A DNA stretch of 64,000 nt from Chloroflexota bacterium. GTDB lineage: Bacteria > Chloroflexota > Dehalococcoidia > UBA2247 > RBG-13-53-26. The notes under the pieces are model-generated. The model was not told where the DNA came from and ran no database searches. It saw nothing but the letters and a program-made list of their open reading frames with translations. Of this stretch, positions 44,154 through 52,374 are shown one piece after another; positions within the stretch are counted from its first letter, which is position 1, and each line of letters begins with the position of its first letter. Both the position numbers and the translations under genes were made by a program. The DNA lies in the NCBI GenBank assembly GCA_016875915.1, contig VGOM01000003.1, forward strand, positions 66,716 to 130,715. The letters are read 5' to 3'.

Positions 44154-44897
44154 ATGAGCAAGCTGATGAAGAGACTCCGCCAGGTGTGTGAGTGTGCCCC
44201 TCCCCCGATGGGATTCAAGAAGGGCGCGGCCCAGCCCAACCGCCAGATGGCCCTCGTGGCCTCCCTGCCCCCGGGAGGGAGGCGTCTGGCCGGTGGACTG
44301 AATCTGGCCGAGATCGACGCCGTCCTGATTCACGGAGGTGATCTGGCCGGCGAAGGCGCGCTTCAGGAGATCACCGCTGTCCTGGGTCAGACCCCCTGGG
44401 GGGTGTGGCTGGGCCACGGGGCGTCGCCCGATTTGGAGAAGATCGTCGAGTCCGGCGCCGACTTCATCGCTCTGGAGTCGTCACAGGCCGCCGGACTGCT
44501 CCAGGAGGACCTGGGCAGCATCCTCAAGGTGGACCTGTCGGGCGACAGGTTCCTCCTCGGGGCCGTCGGCGATCTGCCCGTCGATGCGGTGCTCATGTAC
44601 CTGGGGCAGGGCGGGGGCGACCTCACCATTGCCGACATCCTGCGCTGCGGGTGGCTGGCCGGCCTGGTGGACAAGCCCCTCCTGGTGGCCCCCGGCCGGG
44701 AGTTATCCGACAAGGAGATGCGCCTCATCTGGGATGCGGGGGTCAGCGGCCTCGTCGTCCCGGTGGCCGATGAGCAGGGCCGGGAGGTCCTCTCCCGGCT
44801 GTTCCAGATCATCAAGGACCTGCCTGCCCGGACCCGGAAGCGAAGCGAGGACCACATCTTTCTGCCGTCCGTGGACGTCGAGTCCGACGAAGACTGA
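44154..44897 (+). CDS. hypothetical protein (247 aa)
   Basis: AGGAGACAGG RBS; protein-like composition; no family recognised. Confidence 0.45.
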   Translation: MSKLMKRLRQVCECAPPPMGFKKGAAQPNRQMALVASLPPGGRRLAGGLNLAEIDAVLIHGGDLAGEGALQEITAVLGQTPWGVWLGHGASPDLEKIVESGADFIALESSQAAGLLQEDLGSILKVDLSGDRFLLGAVGDLPVDAVLMYLGQGGGDLTIADILRCGWLAGLVDKPLLVAPGRELSDKEMRLIWDAGVSGLVVPVADEQGREVLSRLFQIIKDLPARTRKRSEDHIFLPSVDVESDED

Positions 44898-44917
44898 TAG
44901 CCTGTGCCCTTCTGAGC

Positions 44918-44982
44918 AGATCATCCGGCCCTGTGCTCTCAACGTCATCCCGCACTTGATGCGGGATCCATGGGGCGGGGTG
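44918..44982. repeat. REP-like hairpin repeat, copy (core ATCCCGCACTTGATGCGGGAT)
   Basis: Shares the core TCATCCCGCACTTGATGCGGGATCCAGGGG with the loci at 34855, 45538, 49277 and 54396. Confidence 0.8.
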
Positions 44983-45009
44983 TAGTGACCATAGTTGAAA
45001 GGAGGAGCC

Positions 45010-45492
45010 ATGTCATCTCACATCGACGTCGCCATCAGGGATCTCCAGCCGCAGATGGTGGCCTACATCAGCAAGAAGGGACCGTACACCGGGATTCAGC
45101 AGGCCTTCGGCACGCTGTTTGGCTGGCTGGGCCAGAAAGGACTGGTGCCCGCCGGACCGCCGTCGGGCGCCTACTTCAACGCGCCCGGCGAGGTGCCTGA
45201 GGAACAGCTCCTCTGGGAGTTGCGCTGCCCCGTGGCCGGCAACGTCCCTGCTGCCGGTCCCGACGCCGGCGGACTGGGCGTCAAGCGGGTTGAGGCCGCG
45301 CAGTTGGCCGCCACCATGCACAAGGGGTCCTTCGAGGGTATTGGAGCCACCTGGGGGGCACTGGGCCAGTGGGTCGCCGCCAACGGGTACCAGATAGCCG
45401 GCCCGGGAATCGAGATCTACCTCAGCGACCCCGGAACCACCAAGCCCGAGGACCTGCTCACCGAGGTGGCCTTCCCCGTCCGCAAGGCATAG
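45010..45492 (+). CDS. hypothetical protein, possibly GyrI-like small-molecule-binding domain
   Basis: AAAGGAGGAG RBS; 160 aa. The fold guess is low confidence. Confidence 0.4.
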   Translation: MSSHIDVAIRDLQPQMVAYISKKGPYTGIQQAFGTLFGWLGQKGLVPAGPPSGAYFNAPGEVPEEQLLWELRCPVAGNVPAAGPDAGGLGVKRVEAAQLAATMHKGSFEGIGATWGALGQWVAANGYQIAGPGIEIYLSDPGTTKPEDLLTEVAFPVRKA

Positions 45493-45537
45493 GGGCCCCG
45501 TGGCCAATGCGCCTCGGTCCGCTGGCCGTGCCGTAGT

Positions 45538-45622
45538 GTCCTTCTTCGGAAGGACTACCCTCTCTGATGTCATGCCGCACTCGATGCGGCATCCAGAGGC
45601 GGTGGGGGTGCACGCACCCCCG
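45538..45622. repeat. REP-like composite repeat (UUCG-type hairpin + core hairpin + GC hairpin)
   Basis: GTCCTTC-TTCG-GAAGGAC, then GTCATGCCGCACTCGATGCGGCATCCAG, then GGGGGTG-CACG-CACCCCC. Confidence 0.8.
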
Positions 45623-45694
45623 TTTGACACGCCGCCAAGATACTTCGTACAATACTAATAGTTTCTCGGCAGTGATGGGAAGAGGAGGCTGCAG

Positions 45695-45892
45695 GTGAAG
45701 TCCGAAGCTATCCAGTGGTTTGTCCGCAGCGGGGTCATGCCCATTGGCGGCGGATTGTTCAGAGAGGTTCCCTGCCTGGTCAGCCGGGACGGGGTTCATG
45801 TGGTGGCCCTCAACGGCCGCACCGTGGAGCAGGCCAAGCGGCTCTATCTTGAGGAACGCGGTACGGGCGACGGCCCGTCCCTGATCTGCTGA
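45695..45892 (+). CDS. hypothetical small protein (65 aa)
   Basis: GTG start 6 nt after an AGAGGAGG RBS. Confidence 0.3.
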   Translation: MKSEAIQWFVRSGVMPIGGGLFREVPCLVSRDGVHVVALNGRTVEQAKRLYLEERGTGDGPSLIC

Positions 45893-45914
45893 AGCCCTGC
45901 CTCAGCGCCGGGCC

Positions 45915-48443
45915 CTATTGGCCGGCCTCCTGCACCTCGAAGACCACCGTGGAGTACCCCCTGTCGTAGGTGAAGCCGATCCGGCCGGAGCCGTCGGCCT
46001 GCAGGGTCTCCAGCCGCGTTCTGTGCCCGCCGTCCCTGGTGTACCACACGGCATAGGACTTGCCCGGGGAGAGGTCGCCCACCACGTGCGCCGTGGTCAC
46101 GCTTGATGCGCTGGCCGACTCCGTCCATTTCCGGTAGCGGTCGCCCGAGCTGTTCCAGGCGCCGATGGCGATCTCCACGGAGCCCGACGAAGGGGCGACG
46201 CTCATGTTCACCGACTCCGTGGACGTCACCCCAGCCAGATCGATCAGCAGTGCCGCGTTGCCTTGCGCGTCGATAGTGGTCACCCCCCGGGAGAAGGGCC
46301 GGCTGAAGCGGCTCACCGCCACCCGTGTGCTGAACGTCCCGTCCAGCATCAGCGATATCCTTCCGGTGGCCGGGTCGTAGGTGGCGTCCAGCACGTTCGT
46401 GGCCGGGGTGGACACCGAGGTGATCCGCGGCAGGTCCGGGTTGTAGCTCCCCTTGAGCACCTGCAGCGTCTCCATGGAGTTGCTCTGCTTCCCGTAGCGG
46501 AGGGTCTGTCCGTCCACACAGATCCAGTAGTCGTCACCCACCCTGACCTCTCCGATGGGGAAGGGCATGACTATGTCCAGCTCGTGCCTGGCCTCGCCGT
46601 CCCCGAACGGCGACGAATCCAGGGTCAGGGCGATGTTCCCTGATTTGTCCTCGATAGAGTTCATCCTGGTCCACAGCCAGCCGATGCTCTTGTTGGCCGC
46701 CGTCTGGGTGGAGACCAGGTCGAAGCCTGCCGTCTTCATCACGCTGAGGGCGGAAAGATAGGAATCCCGGAGCTGGTACCCCGGGGTATCGCCCCGGTCG
46801 AACTGCCACAGGTGGTTGGTCACCAGACACACCGGGTAGCTGCCGGCGTAGCCCATGAAGTTCCTCGAGAAGAGGACCTGCTGAGCGCTGCTCAGAGCCA
46901 CGTCGGTGTTGTAGCCGATGTCGGCCGGGGAAACCCGGCCCGGAACGTAGGTGCCGTTCACCCAGCCCAGGGTCATGGTGTGGTGCTCCGTCTCCGGCTT
47001 GGCCGAGATCACCGTGAACCCGTACTTGCTGGCCAGGCCGTTTGTGTACCCGTCCAGATACTGGAACTTGGTGGCGATGAGCACCTGGGTGTCGGAGTAG
47101 CCGTAGAGGTCGAGGACCTCCCTCATCCTCTTCAGCCAGGATTCCTGCACCGCCATGTCCGGCTCCATGAAAGCCCCCACGCTGTACATCTCCAGGTCCG
47201 GGTCCGCGGTATTGGTCACCCCGTCGCCGTCCATGTCCCAGTCCAGCCAGTTCTTCGTGCCATCGCCATCGGCATCGCCGAAGGGATCGACTGGAAGGCA
47301 AGACCCCGCCCAGCGCCACCAGTCCCTGTCGTGCTGATAGCCGTGCGACGCCACGATGTAGTCCTGGTATGGCCTCAGAATGTCCATCAGCTCTTCGCTG
47401 TCGGCATTGTACTGCCCATTGTCGTTGTACTGGGGGGGATCCTGATCGTAGACCATTATGCCTGCCGGCGGCTTGGGATCCAACTGGTCCTCCATGAAGG
47501 CCAGGGTGGGATACCCGCCCAGATTGGCCTTGGTCCAGTTGATCAGGCTGACGTAGTCCTCGATGGCCGTCTCCGGGACGCCGCAGTCATCGATCTCCAG
47601 GGAGTAGTACGGTTTCACGTAGGGCATCCCCGAGTACTCCTGGATCAGCCGCACCAGCATCGAAGCGTGGACCGGATAGCCCCAGTCCTTGAACCCGAAG
47701 TAGACCGCCCGCGCCCCGCTGCCATACTTTGCCAGAGTGATCGCCGGGGTCCCGTCGCTGTAGCTCTCCAGAACGGTCACCCCGCTGGCGCTGGCCGAGA
47801 TGTTCATGAACCCCCAGCTCGTGCCGCTGATCTGATACCCCTTGAAGGGCTCCAGAGCCCAGGTCCCCGCCCGGTTGGCCGCCGTCAGGCTCTTGGCGGC
47901 GCTGCCCGAAATCCCCACCTGGAACACATTGTTCACGTTCCCGCCCCAGGTGCAGTCGTTCTCCATCCGGACTATCCCCAGGAAGGGATACTCCTCGAAC
48001 ATCCGCTTCACGCTTCTCTCCGGCGTCTCCACGTCGGAGTAGGCATAGCCGTCCCCGGCATCGAAGATGATCACCCGGTACCGCATGTTCCCGTTCAGCA
48101 CCAGGTCTAGGTCCCCGCGCCCGCCGCCCTGGTCCTTCAGATACCACCGGTCCCCGCCCCCCGCCAGATCGTAGCGTTCGGTGCGGTCGAAGACCTGAAC
48201 AGAGTACCCCCACTTCTTCAGCGGGGTCTCCAGCAAAGGCAGCTCGGAGCTGGCCACGGCATCGCCCCTGACCAGTATCAGGATGCGGTGGTCAATGGAA
48301 GTGCCCGTGCCGCTGCTGTTGTTGTGGCTGTCGTCCGGCGGGGCGGTCTTGGCCTGGGCGCAGAGAGAAACGCTGCTGATGATCAGGATGGCCAAGACCA
48401 GAATTGAGGAGGATGCCCACGCTCTCCTGAGGAGTCTCTTCAT
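45915..48443 (-). CDS. large secreted protein (~842 aa) with a polysaccharide-deacetylase/DUF2334-like region and tandem Ca-binding DxDGDG loops
   Basis: Signal peptide MKRLLRRAWASSSILVLAILIISSVSLCAQA; HGYQHDRDWW motif; DADGDGTKNWLDWDMDGDGVTNTAD; W/Y/N-rich composition unlike GC-driven spurious ORFs. Confidence 0.6.
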   Translation of the reverse strand: MKRLLRRAWASSSILVLAILIISSVSLCAQAKTAPPDDSHNNSSGTGTSIDHRILILVRGDAVASSELPLLETPLKKWGYSVQVFDRTERYDLAGGGDRWYLKDQGGGRGDLDLVLNGNMRYRVIIFDAGDGYAYSDVETPERSVKRMFEEYPFLGIVRMENDCTWGGNVNNVFQVGISGSAAKSLTAANRAGTWALEPFKGYQISGTSWGFMNISASASGVTVLESYSDGTPAITLAKYGSGARAVYFGFKDWGYPVHASMLVRLIQEYSGMPYVKPYYSLEIDDCGVPETAIEDYVSLINWTKANLGGYPTLAFMEDQLDPKPPAGIMVYDQDPPQYNDNGQYNADSEELMDILRPYQDYIVASHGYQHDRDWWRWAGSCLPVDPFGDADGDGTKNWLDWDMDGDGVTNTADPDLEMYSVGAFMEPDMAVQESWLKRMREVLDLYGYSDTQVLIATKFQYLDGYTNGLASKYGFTVISAKPETEHHTMTLGWVNGTYVPGRVSPADIGYNTDVALSSAQQVLFSRNFMGYAGSYPVCLVTNHLWQFDRGDTPGYQLRDSYLSALSVMKTAGFDLVSTQTAANKSIGWLWTRMNSIEDKSGNIALTLDSSPFGDGEARHELDIVMPFPIGEVRVGDDYWICVDGQTLRYGKQSNSMETLQVLKGSYNPDLPRITSVSTPATNVLDATYDPATGRISLMLDGTFSTRVAVSRFSRPFSRGVTTIDAQGNAALLIDLAGVTSTESVNMSVAPSSGSVEIAIGAWNSSGDRYRKWTESASASSVTTAHVVGDLSPGKSYAVWYTRDGGHRTRLETLQADGSGRIGFTYDRGYSTVVFEVQEAGQ

Positions 48444-48634
48444 CAGGTCAAAACAAACTGGCTGAGCTTCGTCCCCGACGGCCGCCGCACCGCGCAAAGC
48501 GGCTCTTCAGCAGCACAATTGGGGTCTCGCGCTCTGGCCGTCCCCCGTGTACCCGACCACTACCTTAGTCGCTGCGGCTGGCCGCTTTCCCTCTGGGCGC
48601 TCGGGCAGGGGCCGGGCCGACTCCGTGCCCGACC

Positions 48635-48643
48635 TGCTATAAT
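48635..48643 (+). promoter_or_regulatory. extended -10 promoter element TGCTATAAT (candidate leaderless transcript)
   Basis: The identical 9-mer occurs at 44106. The first ATG (48642) overlaps the box, so the next ATG (48651) would sit at about +1 to +3. Confidence 0.4.
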
Positions 48644-48650
48644 GTCCGCC

Positions 48651-49274
48651 ATGGAGGGACCTCAGAAGTGGGACCGCTCCTATCTCGAGCCGCCCGACAC
48701 CAGTTGGCGCAGCGACACCCGGCTTCGGCCCGTCGAAGTGGTCGTCTGCACCACCACCGGCACCTTCTCCGGCCGGACCTACCGCCTCGACCGCCAGCGT
48801 CTCCTCGATGCCCTGAACCAGGGCCTGGCCCCCAAAGGCTCTTCCATCGGCAGGGACTTCCTGCCTCTGACCCAGGTTGAGGTCTGCTCGCCGGATGGCA
48901 CCAGGGCTTCCCTGGAATCCACCTTCGTGGGCAAAGCCAACATTCTCTTCGTCGGTGAGCGCAGCAAAGGCCAGGTCAGCCCCTCCGCCGCGGGCGGCGA
49001 CCAGCGGGGACCGCATTGGCGGGAGAAGAAGCCCGTGGCCACGGAGGTGCGCGTCTCGTCCTACGTCATCGTGGGCAGCATGCACACCGAGGCGTGGCAG
49101 GAGCTACTGGAGATCCTTGACAGCGAGGAGCGCTTCCTCCCCCTGACCGGCGTCCGGGTCACGCCGGCCCCGGCCGCCGGCGACGCCGAGTTCGAATTCG
49201 TGGCCGTGAACAAGGCCCGCATAGACTACCTCGGCCAGCCCCCGGTTGATCCGCTGCGTTCATCCCTGGTATGA
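48651..49274 (+). CDS. hypothetical protein (~207 aa), possibly leaderless
   Basis: ORF 48519..49274; an ATG at 48642 or 48651 lies just after the TGCTATAAT box; no RBS. Confidence 0.4.
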   Translation: MEGPQKWDRSYLEPPDTSWRSDTRLRPVEVVVCTTTGTFSGRTYRLDRQRLLDALNQGLAPKGSSIGRDFLPLTQVEVCSPDGTRASLESTFVGKANILFVGERSKGQVSPSAAGGDQRGPHWREKKPVATEVRVSSYVIVGSMHTEAWQELLEILDSEERFLPLTGVRVTPAPAAGDAEFEFVAVNKARIDYLGQPPVDPLRSSLV

Positions 49275-49276
49275 AG

Positions 49277-49355
49277 TCGACTGTCTCTCCCCTCCCGATG
49301 TCATGACGCACTTGATGCGGCATCCGGGTGAGGCTGGGGTGCGTGTAGACAGTCC
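49277..49355. repeat. REP-like hairpin repeat copy flanked by 8-bp inverted repeat GACTGTCT/AGACAGTC
   Basis: Core GTCATGACGCACTTGATGCGGCATCCGGG. Confidence 0.8.
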
Positions 49356-49376
49356 GGGAATCGAAGGAACTGGGCC

Positions 49377-50237
49377 ATGCCCAAATGTCTGATAGCCTAC
49401 TTCTCGCAGACGGGAGCCACGGCCCGGGCCGGTGAGCGCATTGCCGCCGGCCTGCGCGCTTCGGCCTTTGAAGTCAAAGCCTGCAACATCAAGGACCAGA
49501 AGCCGCCGGATGTCAACGAATACGACGTCCTGGGCATCGGGTTGCCTGTCTATGTCTATGCCCCGCCGCTCAACGTCTCTGACTACGTCAGAAGCCTGCC
49601 CCGTCTCGATGGGAAATCGGCCTTCGTCTTCGTCACCTACGGCACCTACCGCTTCAATGCCGCTGACCGCATCCGGCAGGCGCTGGCCCGCAAGGGGGCC
49701 AAGGGAGTGGGCTACTTCCACTGCCGTGGTGCTGACTTCTACCTGAGCTACCTCAAGCTGGGCTACCTCTTCTCTCCGGATCATCCCACAGCCGAGGAAC
49801 TGGCCGGGGCGGAGGCCTTCGGCGGGCAGGTCGCCGCGCGGGTCAAGGCCGGGGAGGACTTCAACGCGGCAAGGGAAAGCGCCCCATCCCTGATCTACCG
49901 CATCGAACGGGCCTCATTCAGTCGCTGGATGTCCACCTGGCTCCATACCAGGTTCTTCAAAGTTGACCAGCAGAAATGCAACATGTGCGGCCTTTGCGCC
50001 GCACGTTGCCCGGTGGGCAACATCACCGAGGACAAGGCCGGCTACCCTGTCTGGGGACGCGATTGCCTGCTCTGCCTCACCTGTGAAATGGAATGTCCCG
50101 AAGAGGCCATAGCTTCCCTGCAAACCTCAAGGGCCTTCCTCCCCTTCATGAAGCACAACGTCCGGAAGGCCTGTGAAGACCCCTCAGTCACCCATGCACG
50201 GGTGACTCAGCGCAATGGCCGTACCATCCGCGTCTAG
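49377..50237 (+). CDS. flavodoxin-like domain fused to 2x[4Fe-4S] ferredoxin domain (EFR1-type ferredoxin)
   Basis: IAYFSQTGAT flavodoxin signature; CNMCGLCAARCP and CLLCLTCEMECP. Confidence 0.65.
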   Translation: MPKCLIAYFSQTGATARAGERIAAGLRASAFEVKACNIKDQKPPDVNEYDVLGIGLPVYVYAPPLNVSDYVRSLPRLDGKSAFVFVTYGTYRFNAADRIRQALARKGAKGVGYFHCRGADFYLSYLKLGYLFSPDHPTAEELAGAEAFGGQVAARVKAGEDFNAARESAPSLIYRIERASFSRWMSTWLHTRFFKVDQQKCNMCGLCAARCPVGNITEDKAGYPVWGRDCLLCLTCEMECPEEAIASLQTSRAFLPFMKHNVRKACEDPSVTHARVTQRNGRTIRV

Positions 50238-50281
50238 CAGACGGTCGAGCCTGCTCCCTTCGTATCCGGGCTGAGGCCCGG

Positions 50282-50290
50282 TGGTATAAT
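50282..50290 (+). promoter_or_regulatory. extended -10 promoter element TGGTATAAT
   Basis: TGnTATAAT 38 nt upstream of the ATG at 50329. Confidence 0.4.
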
Positions 50291-50328
50291 GTCGCCGATG
50301 GAGTCAAGTGAGGTAGGGGGAACCAGCT

Positions 50329-50616
50329 ATGGCACCGACTGACTGGGTGAAATGGGGAGTCGCCGCAGAGTTTGCGCCGCCAAACCATGGTGAGCCGGCC
50401 AAGAGGAAGCTCCGCTGCGTGTACTGTGAGATCGAGACCATGCATGAATGGCTCGAACCCACTGGATGGTGGCAGTGCGGTGAATGCAAACACCTGAGGC
50501 GGCCGCACGGACTCTACTGCCCCGTGTGCAAGGAAGGGATGCTGCACTTCCAATACTACGATGTCTGGAAGTGCCGGGTGTGTGGTCATGCCAAGCAGGA
50601 GGGTGACGGCGACTGA
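50329..50616 (+). CDS. zinc-ribbon protein (four CxxC pairs)
   Basis: CVYC...CGEC...CPVC...CRVC; 95 aa. Confidence 0.5.
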   Translation: MAPTDWVKWGVAAEFAPPNHGEPAKRKLRCVYCEIETMHEWLEPTGWWQCGECKHLRRPHGLYCPVCKEGMLHFQYYDVWKCRVCGHAKQEGDGD

Positions 50617-50632
50617 GCCGGAGTTTGCTCCC

Positions 50633-51169
50633 CTACTGCTCTCCTGAGCGCCTCTTGTGCAGCAGCCTGGCCACGTGCGGGGCCACCGGATTGTAGTGCA
50701 GACCCTTCTCCCTGATCAGCCTCACGATATACCTGATCAGGAAGACCTCCAGCAGCAGGATGCCCGCGATGGCGCACAGGTCGGCCACGTTGAAGATCGT
50801 CCTCACCTGGCCCCCCGAGGTGATCAGCTCCACGAAGTCGGTCACATGGCCGTAGGCGATCCGGTCCACCAGGTTCCCCAGGCTGCCCCCGATGAACAGC
50901 CCCGTGCCCAGGTTGAGCAGCGTGTCGTTGGTTCGCTCCAGCCGCCAGTAGAGCACCAGGGACGCCCCAATCATCAGCGAAGGCAGGAGCACGGAGATCA
51001 GGGGCGAAGCCGGAATGCCCAGGAATATCCCCGGATTGACCACGTAGGTCATCCGCAGCCAGAAGTCCTGAGGCAGGGCCTCGCCCAGCGTCAGGCTCTC
51101 CCTGACGCACAGCTTGGTGAGCTGGTCCAACTCCAGCACCGCCAGGGCCACGAAAGGCGCCAGCAGCAT
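50633..51169 (-). CDS. lspA: lipoprotein signal peptidase II
   Basis: Motifs NPGIFLG, GGSLGNLVDR and FNVAD; four TM segments. Start chosen at MLLAPF. Confidence 0.8.
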   Translation of the reverse strand: MLLAPFVALAVLELDQLTKLCVRESLTLGEALPQDFWLRMTYVVNPGIFLGIPASPLISVLLPSLMIGASLVLYWRLERTNDTLLNLGTGLFIGGSLGNLVDRIAYGHVTDFVELITSGGQVRTIFNVADLCAIAGILLLEVFLIRYIVRLIREKGLHYNPVAPHVARLLHKRRSGEQ

Positions 51170-51438
51170 CACCCGCCACAGCCCCGCCCCCCTCAGTCCT
51201 CCCCCGCTGGCGGCCTCAGCCTCAATCCTCGTAGACACCTTTGGGTCAGTCGCCCCCCCCACAGCCCCATTCTCACACCACTAGGCGCAGACTGCAAACG
51301 CGCCCGGGCCGTGCGCAGGCACGGGGAACGCCACCCACTATAGGGCAGGCGGCTCACATCGATGTCTCATTCCCCGGCGCGGACTTAACATAACCTCCGC
51401 CCCGGCACCGCCCGTCGGCCGCGGGTGGCCGGCGCGGC

Positions 51439-52218
51439 TCAGCCCGGGAAGGACAGGCCGCCGCTGACGCTGAAGATCTGCCCGGTGATCTGGTTGGATT
51501 CCTCTGCAGCCAGGAACAGGGTCAGTTGGGCGATGTCCCCCGGCCGGTTCATCCCGAAGGGCATTCGCTCCTCGGCCTTCTTGAAGATCCGGTAGATATG
51601 GCTGGTGGGGTCGGCCATGGCATAGTCGTAGCCCGGGGTGTCCTTGGTCACCGTGGTGCAGATGGTGTTGACCCGTATCTGCCACCGGGCTGTCTCCTGG
51701 GCGATCACTTTGGTCATCAGCACCAGCCCCGCCGCGGCCCCCCCGATCAGCGACTCCCTGGGGGTCGGCGTCCTTCCCGCGTCCGTGGTGATCATGATGA
51801 TCTTCCCCTGCTGCCTTTCCATCATGTGGTCCAGCACGGCCCGCACGCAGTAGAGCCGGGACAGCAGGTGACTCCTCACCGTGTCCACGTACAGCCCCGG
51901 GTCGATCTTGACGAAGAACTCCGGCGGCGCTCCGCCCCCCGCCCCGCTGGCCACCAGGATGTCCACCCGGCCGCACCTCCCCACCGCCCGGTCCACCATC
52001 CGCTTCACTTGCTCATAGTCCCAGATGTCGGCCTCCTCAAAGCTGGCCTGCCGTCCCATCCCCCGGATCTCCTCCAGGACCGGCCGGGCCTGTTCCTCGC
52101 TCCGCCCGTTCAGCACCACCTCCGCCCCGTTCCGCGCCAGGGTAAGGGCCACCGCCCTGCCGATGCCCTTGGTCGATCCGGTGACCAGCGCCACCTTGCC
52201 CGTCAGGTCTGCCTGCAT
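51439..52218 (-). CDS. SDR-family oxidoreductase
   Basis: TGSTKGIGRAVA, NGR and YxxxK-like motifs. Confidence 0.8.
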   Translation of the reverse strand: MQADLTGKVALVTGSTKGIGRAVALTLARNGAEVVLNGRSEEQARPVLEEIRGMGRQASFEEADIWDYEQVKRMVDRAVGRCGRVDILVASGAGGGAPPEFFVKIDPGLYVDTVRSHLLSRLYCVRAVLDHMMERQQGKIIMITTDAGRTPTPRESLIGGAAAGLVLMTKVIAQETARWQIRVNTICTTVTKDTPGYDYAMADPTSHIYRIFKKAEERMPFGMNRPGDIAQLTLFLAAEESNQITGQIFSVSGGLSFPG

Positions 52219-52374
52219 GCTCTGCCTCCCTCGAAGAACTGCTAGGTCATGCTATAGAACCCAAGCCCTCGCCGCAAGTCCCCCGCCGCAGGCGGGCCCG
52301 TCCAAAGTGGCGGCCCCGGCCCGACAACCGCTACACTAGTACCTTGGGCGCAGATCAACGCGAAAGGACGGACC

